Below, one piece after another: positions 1-9,854 of a stretch of DNA of 53,996 nucleotides; position 1 is the first letter of the stretch; each line of letters begins with the position of its first letter. The notes below the pieces were generated by a model. The model made no database searches, was not told the origin of the DNA, and worked only from the letters and a program-made list of their open reading frames with translations. Both the position numbers and the translations under genes were made by a program. The stretch is from an uncultured Syntrophomonadaceae bacterium (GTDB lineage: Bacteria > Bacillota > Ch66 > Ch109), in contig CAZKWP010000002.1 in NCBI GenBank assembly GCA_964556555.1, positions 3,313 to 57,308 on the forward strand, in the 5' to 3' direction.

Positions 1-1
1 G

Positions 2-1249
2 GTTAATGGATTTAAACGTTGGCAGGACCGCGGCAACCTGGAAATCATTGCCAGTGCCGCCACGCACGGCTTTTTGCCGCTGATGTTTTTGAATCCGCAG
101 GCTGCCCGCGCCCAAATCGCGGTAGGGGTGGAAAACTACCGGCAGCATTTTGGCCGCAATCCGAAGGGATTTTGGCTGCCCGAATGCGCCTATACCCCGG
201 GTCTGGACGAACTGCTGAAGGAGTTCGGAATCCGCTATTTTCTGACCGATACCCACGGCGTTTTATATGCTTCTCGGCGGCCGAAGTACGGGATCTTTGC
301 CCCAATCTACTGTCCTTCGGGAGTGGCGGCCTTTGGCCGGGACGCCGAGTCTTCCAAACAAGTCTGGAGTTCCGAGGAAGGCTATCCCGGGGATTTTAAT
401 TACCGGGAATTCTACCGGGATATTGGTTTTGACTTGGATGAGGAATATATCGGCCCCTATATCCATCCCGACGGGATTCGGCTGCACACAGGGTTAAAGT
501 ACTACCGCATTACCGGTAAAAGCAACCACAAAGAGCCTTATGTCCCGGAATGGGCTATGGATAGGGCCGCGGCTCACGCGGGCAATTTTATGTTCAACCG
601 GGAAAAACAGGTGGAATGGTTGAGCGGCATTTTGGACCGGCAGCCGATAATCGTTTCGCCTTATGACGCGGAGCTGTTCGGCCACTGGTGGTTTGAAGGT
701 CCTCAGTTCCTAGGTTTTCTCTTTAAAAAGCTGCACTACGACCAAAGTATTGTAAAACCCATAACCCCCAGTGAATACCTGAAGCTTTATCCAATGAACC
801 AAGTGGCAACCCCGGCGCAGTCGAGCTGGGGCAATAAGGGATACAGCGAGGTCTGGCTGGAAAAGAGCAACGATTGGATTTATCGGCACCTGCACAAGGC
901 CGCGGATCGCATGGTCGAACTGGCGGATAGACATCCAGCGGCTGATGGTCTCACAGCCCGAGGCCTGAATCAGGCGGCCCGGGAATTGCTGCTGGCGCAA
1001 AGCAGCGACTGGGCATTTATCATGAAAACCGATACGGCCGTAGATTACGCGGTGCAGCGCACGAAAGCCCATTTGCTGAACTTTAACCGGCTCTACGCTG
1101 AAATAAACGACGGCGGGGTGGATGAAAGCTGGCTTAATTATTTGGAACAGAAAAACAACATCTTCCCAAATATAAACTATCGGGTTTATCGGAAAGATTA
1201 CCGCGGGTCCGGGCTTCTTCCTCCGCTGTCTCTGGCCGTGGGTATGTAG
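2..1249 (+). CDS. GH57-family alpha-glucan branching enzyme-like glycoside hydrolase (5' end cut by the window edge)
   Basis: Frame 2 is open from the first base (VNGFKRWQDRGNLEIIASAATHGFLPLM...). It has GH57-type motifs: WLPECAY and SPYDAELFGHWWFEGPQF. It also has the C-terminal helical DUF1957-like region (SSDWAFIM). Stop at 1247-1249. Confidence 0.8.
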   Translation, partial: VNGFKRWQDRGNLEIIASAATHGFLPLMFLNPQAARAQIAVGVENYRQHFGRNPKGFWLPECAYTPGLDELLKEFGIRYFLTDTHGVLYASRRPKYGIFAPIYCPSGVAAFGRDAESSKQVWSSEEGYPGDFNYREFYRDIGFDLDEEYIGPYIHPDGIRLHTGLKYYRITGKSNHKEPYVPEWAMDRAAAHAGNFMFNREKQVEWLSGILDRQPIIVSPYDAELFGHWWFEGPQFLGFLFKKLHYDQSIVKPITPSEYLKLYPMNQVATPAQSSWGNKGYSEVWLEKSNDWIYRHLHKAADRMVELADRHPAADGLTARGLNQAARELLLAQSSDWAFIMKTDTAVDYAVQRTKAHLLNFNRLYAEINDGGVDESWLNYLEQKNNIFPNINYRVYRKDYRGSGLLPPLSLAVGM

Positions 1250-1855
1250 CGAGAAAGTAGAGCAGGGGCGTTCAGATATGTAGGATTTTAGAATGAAGTC
1301 TTGCTGAGCGGTCATTAAACACATGGGTCGAAGGTATAAAGACAAATAAAAAGCGTGAAACGCTCCAGACGAGCCAATATTTACGTGCCAAAAACTCAGC
1401 TTCAGTAACGCATATAAAATTTACAACTGGAGATAATAAAATTGTAAGGGTTCATAGTAACCGAGCTAAATTAATGAGGTTCAAGTGAGCCTTATTAATC
1501 CGAGATCATTGGCATCCGATTATTTCATTTCTGTAATACTATTGGGCAGAAGCCCATTTAGCGATTGGCAGAAAGAAATCAGTTCATGATTGCCTAGGAT
1601 TGTGAACAACCGGATTCCAAGATCCGGCCAAGATCTCTAGCAGATGCTGGATCTGGCGCTCGTGGTTACTATGACCCTTACTTTTTTTATTTTTACGGAA
1701 ATTTAAGTTTGCCGGAACTTTACCCCCGTCAATTCTTGATCGCAAAGGAGCATGCAAGAAAAAACCCCGGAATCTTGCCCGAGGCGCTTATATTTTTTGA
1801 TCATATAAGGATTAAATTTTTATTTAGGCAAATTTTCGGTTAATAAAGTCATAAT

Positions 1856-4600
1856 TTAAGGTTTAAGATTTAGCTCTGGTTGGCCGATCTCCCGAATGCG
1901 GTCGGAGTACCAGTCGGTTAAAGACTCGGCGATTTCCTGCGAAAAACCTTCGCCATAAACGCGGCAAACCGCTTGCTCTCCGTCCGGAACAACTAAGACC
2001 CAGCCCTGCGGGTGGTGGATTTTAACCCCTTCCAACAGTTCTAGGGACTCGGGTTCCTGTTGCTTTTCTTCAATCAGGGTCCGGATTACCTTGCCTTTCG
2101 CTTCCCAGGGACAGTTAATGATTTGCTTGCTTAAGTAAAAATCGGGAATCTCGGCTAAAAGCTCGGAAAGGGTTATTTCCGCTTCCCCAAGGTGTGCCAA
2201 AAGCTGCGTCAAGGCCAATAACCCATCGGCGAAAAGCAGAAATTGGGAAACGGCAACTGTATTCAATTTATTTCCAATCAAATTGTTTCTAAAATTATCT
2301 TTGCTCTGGCTAATCATATTTAACCCGCTGCCCGTGACCGGATTTAATCCAATATCCGTAGCTGGGTTGTTTAATCCGCTTTCCGCATTAAACAATTGAT
2401 CCATAAACGATTGGGCGGATGATTTCGTCCGAATCACTTTTCCATCCAACTGCTCCGCCATCCGTTCAATTATGCTCGGCGCGGTAACCGGCACGGCCAC
2501 CACCTTGCCTGGCTGCAGCCGAAATAGCAGCAGCGAAAGGAGCACCGTATACAGTTCGTCGTTAATCAGCTGGCCGCGGTCGCTGATTAAAACCAGCCGT
2601 TCCAAATTGGCATCAAAAATAATCCCTAGGTCTGCTTCTTCTGCAAGTACCATTTGAGTCAGATGTTCGTAGTTCTGGTCGATACCTTGAGGCACTGCTG
2701 GGCGACCTTGCAGACGGTCTTTAGGGGCTTGTTGGCGTTGCGGATGGTCTTGAGGTATTGCCGCCTGGCCTTGAATTTTTGCCTTCGGTTCAGCCATCTT
2801 ATCTTCCCCGTCCATTTCTTCCGCCATCTTATCTTCCGCGATAATCGTTTCACACCCTAGTTCATTTAAAAACGGCTGCACCATTCCCGCTAGAGCCGGG
2901 TCCTGGAAGGCCAGGATTACTTTAAATTGCCCCGGCCGGATTGCCGCCGCGTTGACCCGCTCTGTTAAACCAGCCAAATAGGCCGGCACTGCATCGGTTA
3001 CCGCCGTGGATTGGCCTACCAAATGCACTTCCGCCTGCCGAAAGTTTTCCATGGCCAGCGTGTTTTCGATTTTCTTTTCATCCAGCCGCGAGATCTCCAC
3101 GCCCCGGGAATCATAAAAAACGAGACTAACCCGGGCCTCGCCCCGGGCTGGCATCTGGATTTGCACACTGCCCTTTAGGCCCAGCCGGCGCGTATTGAAA
3201 CGGTTAACTGGCGCGGCCACTGCGCCCAGGTCCTTTACCTCTACCCCGGTCGCCAAAAGACCGGCCGTAAGTGCGTGCTTGATCACCTGCACCATGGCCG
3301 AATCGTCGGTCCCGATCCCCACCGCCGCTCCCGGGCCCAGCCAGGTGCCGTAGGCGCTCCCTAGTTTTACGGCAAAGCCAGGGGTGATCTCAGTATTCGC
3401 TTCCCCGGTGATCCCCTGATTGCCGAACAAAGCCCGGGGACTGCAACTGCCCCAGATCAAACTGGCGTTGACCAGGGCGCCCGCTTCGATGCGCTTAAAA
3501 GGCCAGACCTTGGTGTTCGGCTTAATCCGGCTGTGCGGCCCCAGGATACAGGCATCGCCGACTACCGCTCCCTCAAAAATCGAAACATTGCTCTGCGCCT
3601 GCACCTGGTTAGCCAGAATCGCTCCCCTAAGCTGCGCCTTTTTGCCGATATGACAATTTTCCAAAATAATACTGCGCTTTAAGCTGGCCTGCTCTTCGAT
3701 GACCACATTGTCCCCGATGATGCAGTCGCTCCCGATCTGCACCCCCGGGCCAATATAGCAGTTATCGCCAACCACCACCCGTTCCTTGATCTCCGCGGTT
3801 TGGTCGACTTGCGTGTTCTGGCCCAGCCAGATCCCCTGTCCCGGTACTTGTCCTTGTCCCGGACCCCATAGAGCCCCCGGTATGTCAACACGCGCCCGGC
3901 CCGCTAAAACATCAAAATGTGCCTGCTGGTACTGCTCCAAATTACCGATGTCGCACCAGTAACCCTGCGCCACGTAGCCAAAGAGGGGCTGCCCGTCCGC
4001 CAACAGACGGGGAAACAGGTCTTTGCTGAAGTCAAAAATCTGCCCCGGTTCAAAGAAACTCAGCACCTGCGGTTCCAGGATGTAGATGCCGGTATTGACT
4101 TTATTGCTGAAGACCTCGCCCCAGCTTGGCTTCTCCAAAAACTTGGTGATGCGCCCCTGCTGGTCCGTAATCACCACGCCGTACTCCAAGGGAGAATCCA
4201 CTTCCATCAGAACCAGGGTTGCCGCCGCCTGCTTCTCCCGATGGAACTGGATGGCCGCGCTCAGGTCGATGTCGGTCAATCCATCGCCGCTGATCACCAA
4301 AAAGGTGTCGTCCAGAAACTCTTCGGCGTTTTTAACGCTGCCCGCAGTCCCGAGCGGCACTTCTTCCACGTAGTAGCGGAGGTTTACCCCCCATTCCGCA
4401 CCGTCGCCAAAGTAATTTTGGATGCAGTCAGGCAGGTACTGCAGGGTGACGCCAATCTCCTCTAAGTTATGGCTTTTTAAAAGCTTAATGATGTGTTCCA
4501 TCACCGGTCGGTTCATCACCGGCACCATAGGTTTCGGGCGTTCGCAGGTTAGCGGCCGCAATCTTGTACCTTCGCCACCAGCCATGATGATTGCTTTCAA
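1856..4600 (-). CDS. NDP-sugar pyrophosphorylase (NTP-transferase plus hexapeptide beta-helix) fused to a PGM/PMM-like domain
   Basis: The N-terminus [18 protein letters not shown]...PKPMVP is the sugar-1-P nucleotidyltransferase signature. Hexapeptide repeats follow, then a PGM/PMM-like C-terminal half. The start is TTG, preceded by AAGGGGG. 914 aa. Confidence 0.8.
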   Translation of the reverse strand: MKAIIMAGGEGTRLRPLTCERPKPMVPVMNRPVMEHIIKLLKSHNLEEIGVTLQYLPDCIQNYFGDGAEWGVNLRYYVEEVPLGTAGSVKNAEEFLDDTFLVISGDGLTDIDLSAAIQFHREKQAAATLVLMEVDSPLEYGVVITDQQGRITKFLEKPSWGEVFSNKVNTGIYILEPQVLSFFEPGQIFDFSKDLFPRLLADGQPLFGYVAQGYWCDIGNLEQYQQAHFDVLAGRARVDIPGALWGPGQGQVPGQGIWLGQNTQVDQTAEIKERVVVGDNCYIGPGVQIGSDCIIGDNVVIEEQASLKRSIILENCHIGKKAQLRGAILANQVQAQSNVSIFEGAVVGDACILGPHSRIKPNTKVWPFKRIEAGALVNASLIWGSCSPRALFGNQGITGEANTEITPGFAVKLGSAYGTWLGPGAAVGIGTDDSAMVQVIKHALTAGLLATGVEVKDLGAVAAPVNRFNTRRLGLKGSVQIQMPARGEARVSLVFYDSRGVEISRLDEKKIENTLAMENFRQAEVHLVGQSTAVTDAVPAYLAGLTERVNAAAIRPGQFKVILAFQDPALAGMVQPFLNELGCETIIAEDKMAEEMDGEDKMAEPKAKIQGQAAIPQDHPQRQQAPKDRLQGRPAVPQGIDQNYEHLTQMVLAEEADLGIIFDANLERLVLISDRGQLINDELYTVLLSLLLFRLQPGKVVAVPVTAPSIIERMAEQLDGKVIRTKSSAQSFMDQLFNAESGLNNPATDIGLNPVTGSGLNMISQSKDNFRNNLIGNKLNTVAVSQFLLFADGLLALTQLLAHLGEAEITLSELLAEIPDFYLSKQIINCPWEAKGKVIRTLIEEKQQEPESLELLEGVKIHHPQGWVLVVPDGEQAVCRVYGEGFSQEIAESLTDWYSDRIREIGQPELNLKP

Positions 4601-5885
4601 CTTCCGAGCCCCCTTTATCCGCGAACCGGTTCACTGACCGATCCGCTGCTGATCTATCCGCCGACCCGGCAGCTGACCACAATTTCCGCCGCTCGTTTTC
4701 GGCTTTTTCTTTCCGAACCTGTTTATACAGGGAAATAGTTTGACCCGCGATATTTTCCCAGGAAAAATGGTTTACCACCTTTCGATAAGCCTGCTGCCTC
4801 ATCTGCTCCGCCAGTTGTGGCTGCCCTAAGAGCTGAATGATTTGGTGGGCCAGCGATTCCGCGGAGCCGGTATTGAACTTTAAACCGTCAAAGCCCGAGT
4901 TGACCAGCTCCGAAATTCCGCCGGTATCCGGCACGATCACCGGAGCGCCCGCAGCCATTGCTTCCAGAGCCACGATGCCGAAGGGTTCGTACAGGCTGGG
5001 AAATACCGCGGCATCCGCACATTGGTACAGACAGTTGCGGGTGGAATCATCAATATAGCCGGTAAAATAGAACTGGCCCTGGGTCCCCATTTCCCCGGTT
5101 TTTTGTTTCAGATAGCCTTCATTTGGCCCCTGCCCGGCAATCACAAACTTGCACTTGGGATACGCCGCCAAAACCCAGGGCGCGGCCTCCAAAAGCAGCT
5201 GCACGCCTTTTTCGTGCACCAGCCGGCCCACGTAAAAGATGATTTTCTCGTCCGGGTGCGCGTACCGGCTGCGGAAGGCCGGCAACTGCGCTTTCTGCGC
5301 TTCATCCACCTGAAAATCCGACCGGTTTACGCCGTTGCGGATCACCTTGATTTTATCCACGGGCAGCTGCAAAACCCGCTGCAGTTCGTCCTGCATGTAG
5401 TAACTGCAGCAGATGACCTGCCAGGCTTCGTAAGTCAACCACCAGTCAACGCTGCCGATAAAACGCTGCACCTCATTATGCAGGCCATGATTGCGCCCGT
5501 GTTCCGTGGCGTGGATCGTGGCCATCAAAGGCAGCTGATAACTGTGTTTAAGCGCGCGGCCGGCGTATGCCACCAGCCAGTCGTGCGCGTGAATCAGGTC
5601 AAACCGGCGAACCGAGTTTAACAGCTCAATTGATTTTTCTAAAAGGGCTATATTCAGCTGCAGCACCCAGGAGACATAATCCGGGGTGGACAGCGGATAA
5701 GGCTGGACGCGGTGGACGTGAACCCCTTGCCGCTTTTCAAAGTCGTGGGCGTTATCCGTAGCCGGACAGACTACGTGCACTTCGACGCCTAAGCGTACCA
5801 GCGCCTTGGTCAGATCCGCCACGTGCTGGCCTAGACCGCCGATATTTCCCGGGGGGTATTCCCAGGAAAGCATTAAGACGCGCAT
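4485..5885 (-). CDS. GT4-family glycosyltransferase (glycogen/alpha-glucan synthase-like)
   Basis: [22 protein letters not shown] at the N-terminus and the [22 protein letters not shown] (E-x7-E) motif. Start ATG at 5885 follows GGAGGGGAAAGAAAT. The 3' tail overlaps the next gene by 116 nt. Confidence 0.8.
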   Translation of the reverse strand: MRVLMLSWEYPPGNIGGLGQHVADLTKALVRLGVEVHVVCPATDNAHDFEKRQGVHVHRVQPYPLSTPDYVSWVLQLNIALLEKSIELLNSVRRFDLIHAHDWLVAYAGRALKHSYQLPLMATIHATEHGRNHGLHNEVQRFIGSVDWWLTYEAWQVICCSYYMQDELQRVLQLPVDKIKVIRNGVNRSDFQVDEAQKAQLPAFRSRYAHPDEKIIFYVGRLVHEKGVQLLLEAAPWVLAAYPKCKFVIAGQGPNEGYLKQKTGEMGTQGQFYFTGYIDDSTRNCLYQCADAAVFPSLYEPFGIVALEAMAAGAPVIVPDTGGISELVNSGFDGLKFNTGSAESLAHQIIQLLGQPQLAEQMRQQAYRKVVNHFSWENIAGQTISLYKQVRKEKAENERRKLWSAAGSADRSAADRSVNRFADKGGSEVESNHHGWWRRYKIAAANLRTPETYGAGDEPTGDGTHH

Positions 5886-6051
5886 ATTTCTTTCCCCTCC
5901 AAAATTACCTCTATTATATGGAAACAGCGGCAAAATTATTTAAGGCAAGTTCCAGATTTTAAGTTCTAAAACTAAAGCCTCAAACATAAAATAATAGTTC
6001 CCTACCCGATCAGGCTGGGAACTATTGGTTCACCCTAGGTTAGCTTTCGGA

Positions 6052-6357
6052 TTATTGGATCGGCACATACCAGTTATATTGATTGTTGTTGTCCCAATTA
6101 CTGGCGCTGTCTTTAAAACAAAAATTCAGGCTTTCCTTATTCTCCACAGCGATAGTCCTCTCCCAGCCGGAATTGATGCGCATCATCCGAATGAACTGGG
6201 AATCCCTCCAAGTGGGACCATACCCGGCATGCAGATAAACTTGATCCGCCCCCGAATTGGCCAGCAGACCCTTGTAACCGATCGTAACCAGATCTCCGCG
6301 CCCGGCTGGGTAAGGATATACCGTGACTCCACCCGGTTCAAACTTGGTTGTTACCAA
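6052..6357 (-). CDS. Small stand-alone carbohydrate-binding-module-like protein (CBM25/CBM53 starch-binding pattern)
   Basis: 100 aa with the pattern YLHAGYG..W......M......W......FCFKD....WDNNN..NW, typical of starch-binding modules. TTG start follows GAGGGGG. It lies in the alpha-glucan cluster. Confidence 0.5.
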   Translation of the reverse strand: MVTTKFEPGGVTVYPYPAGRGDLVTIGYKGLLANSGADQVYLHAGYGPTWRDSQFIRMMRINSGWERTIAVENKESLNFCFKDSASNWDNNNQYNWYVPIQ

Positions 6358-6489
6358 TCGTGTTCCCCCTCTTTGTGAATAGAATATGGACTTGCGGTTT
6401 AATTTAATTTAAATGGTGTCGCGGTCTTGCTGTGCTTGCTTGACATTCGCTACCGCTTCTATTCTTTTCTTTTCCGCTTTTTTTTATTC

Positions 6490-6712
6490 AAAAAGGAAGG
6501 GGGACAGTCCCCTGTCAAAAAAAGAGTAAAAAGGGGACTCAAAAAGGGACTGTCTCCTAAAAAAGATAAAGGGGTCCGTCCCCAGAACGAAAAAACGAGG
6601 CTCCCCATGCGGAGAACCTCGCCAGAAAAAAGAAACCGAAAAGGGATTGTCACCCAATATCGGAAAATCGAGAAAAGGGAAAGGGGACTGTTCCCCAAGG
6701 ACAGTCCCCAAA
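6490..6712 (-). repeat. Array of G4/C4-capped hairpins separated by A-runs (T-runs on the minus strand); probable multi-terminator downstream of the leuD-like gene
   Basis: Copies of a GGGGAC(N)GTCCCC-type palindrome: GGGGACAGTCCCC at 6500-6512, GGGACTGTCTCC at 6546-6557, GGGGTCCGTCCCC at 6571-6583, GAGGCTCC..GGAGAACCTC at 6598-6620, and GGGGACTGT/ACAGTCCCC at 6683-6709. On the minus strand each is followed by a T-rich run. Confidence 0.6.
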
Positions 6713-6744
6713 TCAAAACCCAAATCAAAACCGCTCAAGTTAGC

Positions 6745-7245
6745 CTAGTCAAAATTAAAAGTTCCATATTTTTGGAAGTGCGCGGCTAGGCCGCCTTCCT
6801 GCAAGATTTTCAGCATCACCTTGGGCAAAGGGGTAATCTGCAGTTCTTTACCGCTGGTGCGGTTGTACAGCACGCCGCCGGCCAGGTCCACTTCCAGTTC
6901 ATCCCCCGGGTTGATCTGATCGGTATCGCACTCGATCAGGGGCAAACCGCAGTTAATCGCGTTGCGGTAAAACAGCCGGGCAAACGACTTGGCGATTACC
7001 GCGCTGACCCCGGCGTAGATTACAGCCCAGGGAGCCTGTTCCCGGGATGAGCCGCAGCCAAAATTAGTCCCGGCCACGATGAAATCACCCTTCTCAACCT
7101 TGTCGTAAAAATCCGGATCCAGATCTTCCATTACGTGCTTGGCTAATTCTTTCATATCTAAAGTTTTAAATTTATACTTGCCCGAAATAACGTAATCGGT
7201 ATTCACGTCATTCCCGAACTTATGAGCCTTGCCAACAAAATTCAT
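6745..7245 (-). CDS. 3-isopropylmalate/(homo)aconitate hydratase small subunit (LeuD-type, short archaeal-like form)
   Basis: MNFVGKAHKFGNDVNTDYVI...GTNFGCGSSREQAP is the LeuD/aconitase swivel-domain signature. ATG at 7245 follows GGGGTGGAATAAAGGAA. 166 aa. Confidence 0.8.
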   Translation of the reverse strand: MNFVGKAHKFGNDVNTDYVISGKYKFKTLDMKELAKHVMEDLDPDFYDKVEKGDFIVAGTNFGCGSSREQAPWAVIYAGVSAVIAKSFARLFYRNAINCGLPLIECDTDQINPGDELEVDLAGGVLYNRTSGKELQITPLPKVMLKILQEGGLAAHFQKYGTFNFD

Positions 7246-7264
7246 TTCCTTTATTCCACCCCTT

Positions 7265-8521
7265 TTAGCGCAGAAACTCACGGGGATCTGCGATCTCTCC
7301 AACTAGCACGGAAGCGGCAACCGTCGCCGGTGAGGCTAAATAGATAAACGCCTTGCTGTTCCCCATCCGGCCTTTAAAATTGCGGTTGGCGGTTGACAGC
7401 ACGTTTTCGCCATCCGAAGGAACCCCGTTATGCGTGCCGACACAAGGTCCGCAGCCGGGGGTAACCACCGCCGCGCCTGCTTCAATCAGGGTCTGCAAAA
7501 CCCCTTCTTTAATGGCGTTTAACATGATTTGCCGCGAGGCCGGGGCCACAATAAATCTTACATTCGGGTTAATCTGGCGGCCTTCCAAAATCTTAGCGGC
7601 AATCCGCAGGTCTTCCAGGCGTCCGTTGGTACAGGTGCCTATCACCGCCTGCTGAATCGGGGTGCCCAGCACTTCCGTAACTGGAACCACGTTATCGACC
7701 GTATGCGGTTTGGCGATCTGCGGGGGCAGGTTCGACACGTCGAATTCGAGCACCTTGGCGTAAACCGCATCGGCATCCGAGGAGACCGGCTTCGGCTCGC
7801 GTTTACTGTGCGCCCGAACCCAGGCCAGGGTCTTTTCATCGGCTTCCATCAGACCCGCCTTGGCGCCCATTTCAATCGCCATGTTGGACATGGTCAGACG
7901 GCCCTCAACGCTTAAAGCCTGAATGGCTTCCCCGGTATATTCGGCCGCCATATAAGTCGCGCCATCCGCGGTCACCTGGCCAATCAGGTAGAGGATCAAA
8001 TCTTTGCCAAAAACCCCGGGCGGCAGCTGGCCGTTTAAGATAAACTTAAAGGTTTCCGGCACCTTAAACCACAGTTTCCCGGAGATCATGGCCGCGGCCA
8101 AATCGGTCGAGCCGACCCCGGTCGAAAAGGCGTTTAAAGCCCCGTATGAACAGGTATGCGAATCCGCGCCCACGATCAGGTCGCCGCAGACCACATTGCC
8201 TTTCTCGGGCATCAGTTGGTGGCAAACTCCTTCGCCAATATCGTAAAAAGTCATGCCTTGTGCTTTGGAAAACTCCCGCATGATGGTATGCAGGGCGGAT
8301 ACGCCCTCCAGCGGACTGGGCGCGCTGTGGTCAATGATCATCGCCACTTTTTTCGGGTCAAAAACTTTAATTCCGTTCATATCGCGAAAAGCCTGAATAG
8401 CAAGCGGCGAGGTGCCATCCTGACCCATCGCGAAATCCAAATCAGCCACCACGATATCATTGGCGGAAACGTCTTGATTACTATGAGCACCTAGAATTTT
8501 TTCGGCTATAGTTTTCCCCAA
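7265..8521 (-). CDS. 3-isopropylmalate/(homo)aconitate hydratase large subunit (LeuC-type)
   Basis: Fe-S ligand context typical of aconitase-family large subunits: GADSHTC, TCTNGR and GCGPCVG. 418 aa. TTG start lies 4 nt after the upstream stop. Confidence 0.8.
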   Translation of the reverse strand: MGKTIAEKILGAHSNQDVSANDIVVADLDFAMGQDGTSPLAIQAFRDMNGIKVFDPKKVAMIIDHSAPSPLEGVSALHTIMREFSKAQGMTFYDIGEGVCHQLMPEKGNVVCGDLIVGADSHTCSYGALNAFSTGVGSTDLAAAMISGKLWFKVPETFKFILNGQLPPGVFGKDLILYLIGQVTADGATYMAAEYTGEAIQALSVEGRLTMSNMAIEMGAKAGLMEADEKTLAWVRAHSKREPKPVSSDADAVYAKVLEFDVSNLPPQIAKPHTVDNVVPVTEVLGTPIQQAVIGTCTNGRLEDLRIAAKILEGRQINPNVRFIVAPASRQIMLNAIKEGVLQTLIEAGAAVVTPGCGPCVGTHNGVPSDGENVLSTANRNFKGRMGNSKAFIYLASPATVAASVLVGEIADPREFLR

Positions 8522-8525
8522 CCGT

Positions 8526-9662
8526 CTACTCTCCCCTCTCGCGACAAAAGTCTTCCCATAAATTAACCAGCTCTTTGTCGAACAGGGGACGCTTTAGATT
8601 AACCGTAACCGCGCGCACCCTAACCAACAAGTCGTTCGCTTCTTCATCCGTTAATTCTATATCGTATTCCCGAAACTTAGCTAAAAGCGAATGCGAGCCG
8701 GAGTGTTTGCCAATCACGATCTGTCTTTGCAGGCCGACTTCTTCGGGCGTAAACACCTCGTAAGTCAACGGATTCTTTAACACGCCGTCGCCGTGGATGC
8801 CGGATTCGTGGGCAAACATATTCGAACCGACAATCGGTTTCGAAGGATGCAAGATCCGCCCAGAGGCTTGGGCCACGTATTTGGCGACTTCCACAAACAT
8901 CTCGGTCTTGAAATTCAGGTCATCGCCATCGATATACTTAAGGGCCATGACCACTTCTTCCAGCGGAGCATTGCCGGCCCGTTCCCCCAAGCCGCCCACG
9001 GTTACGCCAACCCAGTTCGCCCCGGCCCGTACGCCCGCAAGAGCATTCGCCGTGGCCATCCCAAAATCATTGTGGGTGTGCATTTCTACCTCAATGCCGG
9101 TCGCATCGATTAGGGTCTTAATTTTTTCGTAGGTCGCAAACGGTTCCAAAACGCCCACCGTATCACAGTAGCGCAGCCGGTTGGCTCCCGCCTGTTTGGC
9201 ATTGCGGGCAAATTCGATCAGGTAGTTCATATCGCTGCGGGAAGCGTCTTCCGCGTTTACCGAAATATAAACGTTCTGTTTTTTGGCAAATTCGACCGCC
9301 TTGACCATCCGCTCCAGGACATCTTCGGGTGTGGTCTGCAGTTTATACTTGATGTGGATATCGGAAGTAGAAATGGAGATGGCTACCGCATCTACCCCGC
9401 AGTCGATGGATTCTTGAATATCCGCGACCACCGCCCGGTTCCAGCCCATAATACTCGACTTTAAGCCCAGTTTGCATATCGACCGAATCGCCTGTTTTTC
9501 GTCTCCACCCATAACCGGAACGCCAACCTCAATCTGGTCCACGCCAAGTTCATCCAGATATTTGGCGATCCGAATTTTTTCTTGATTCGCAAACACGACT
9601 CCTGCCGTTTGTTCGCCGTCACGCAAGGTGGTATCCACAATGTAGATTTTTTTACCCACCAC
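8526..9662 (-). CDS. Homocitrate synthase-family enzyme (NifV/AksA/Re-citrate-synthase-like; lacks the LeuA regulatory domain)
   Basis: Core motifs of the DRE-TIM HMGL-like family: DTTLRDGEQ, HTHNDFGMATANALAG and FAHESGIHGDG. It is only 378 aa, so the C-terminal LeuA dimer/regulatory domain is absent. GTG start follows GGAGGA. Confidence 0.75.
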   Translation of the reverse strand: MVGKKIYIVDTTLRDGEQTAGVVFANQEKIRIAKYLDELGVDQIEVGVPVMGGDEKQAIRSICKLGLKSSIMGWNRAVVADIQESIDCGVDAVAISISTSDIHIKYKLQTTPEDVLERMVKAVEFAKKQNVYISVNAEDASRSDMNYLIEFARNAKQAGANRLRYCDTVGVLEPFATYEKIKTLIDATGIEVEMHTHNDFGMATANALAGVRAGANWVGVTVGGLGERAGNAPLEEVVMALKYIDGDDLNFKTEMFVEVAKYVAQASGRILHPSKPIVGSNMFAHESGIHGDGVLKNPLTYEVFTPEEVGLQRQIVIGKHSGSHSLLAKFREYDIELTDEEANDLLVRVRAVTVNLKRPLFDKELVNLWEDFCRERGE

Positions 9663-9699
9663 CTAATCATCCTCCTCGCAAATACTGTCTTAAAAACTA

Positions 9700-9728
9700 A
9701 GCTTAAAAACTAAACTTAATTTTAAGCT
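9700..9728 (-). terminator. AT-rich hairpin followed by a T-run between gatB and the homocitrate-synthase-like gene
   Basis: Minus strand reads AGCTTAAAA-loop-TTTTAAGCT followed by TAGTTTTTAAG. It lies about 130 nt downstream of the gatB stop. Confidence 0.35.
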
Positions 9729-9854
9729 AAAAAAGTTATCTTCGCTAGATAAAACCTATTTTCCTGCTCCCTACATTAAGTATTTTGTATACAATCAGTT
9801 AAAATATTTGGGGCTACAACCAGTATATCCCACCAAAAACCCTCTTTATCAAGC

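Noticed and set aside
6427-6789. Three ORFs of 84-120 aa (6427-6789 plus strand; 6459-6728 and 6484-6738 minus strand) inside the hairpin array
   Set aside because: Their translations are low-complexity K/R/G/S/P or F/L/S strings produced by the purine-rich repeats. They have no RBS or recognisable domain, and the region is better explained as repeated terminator hairpins.
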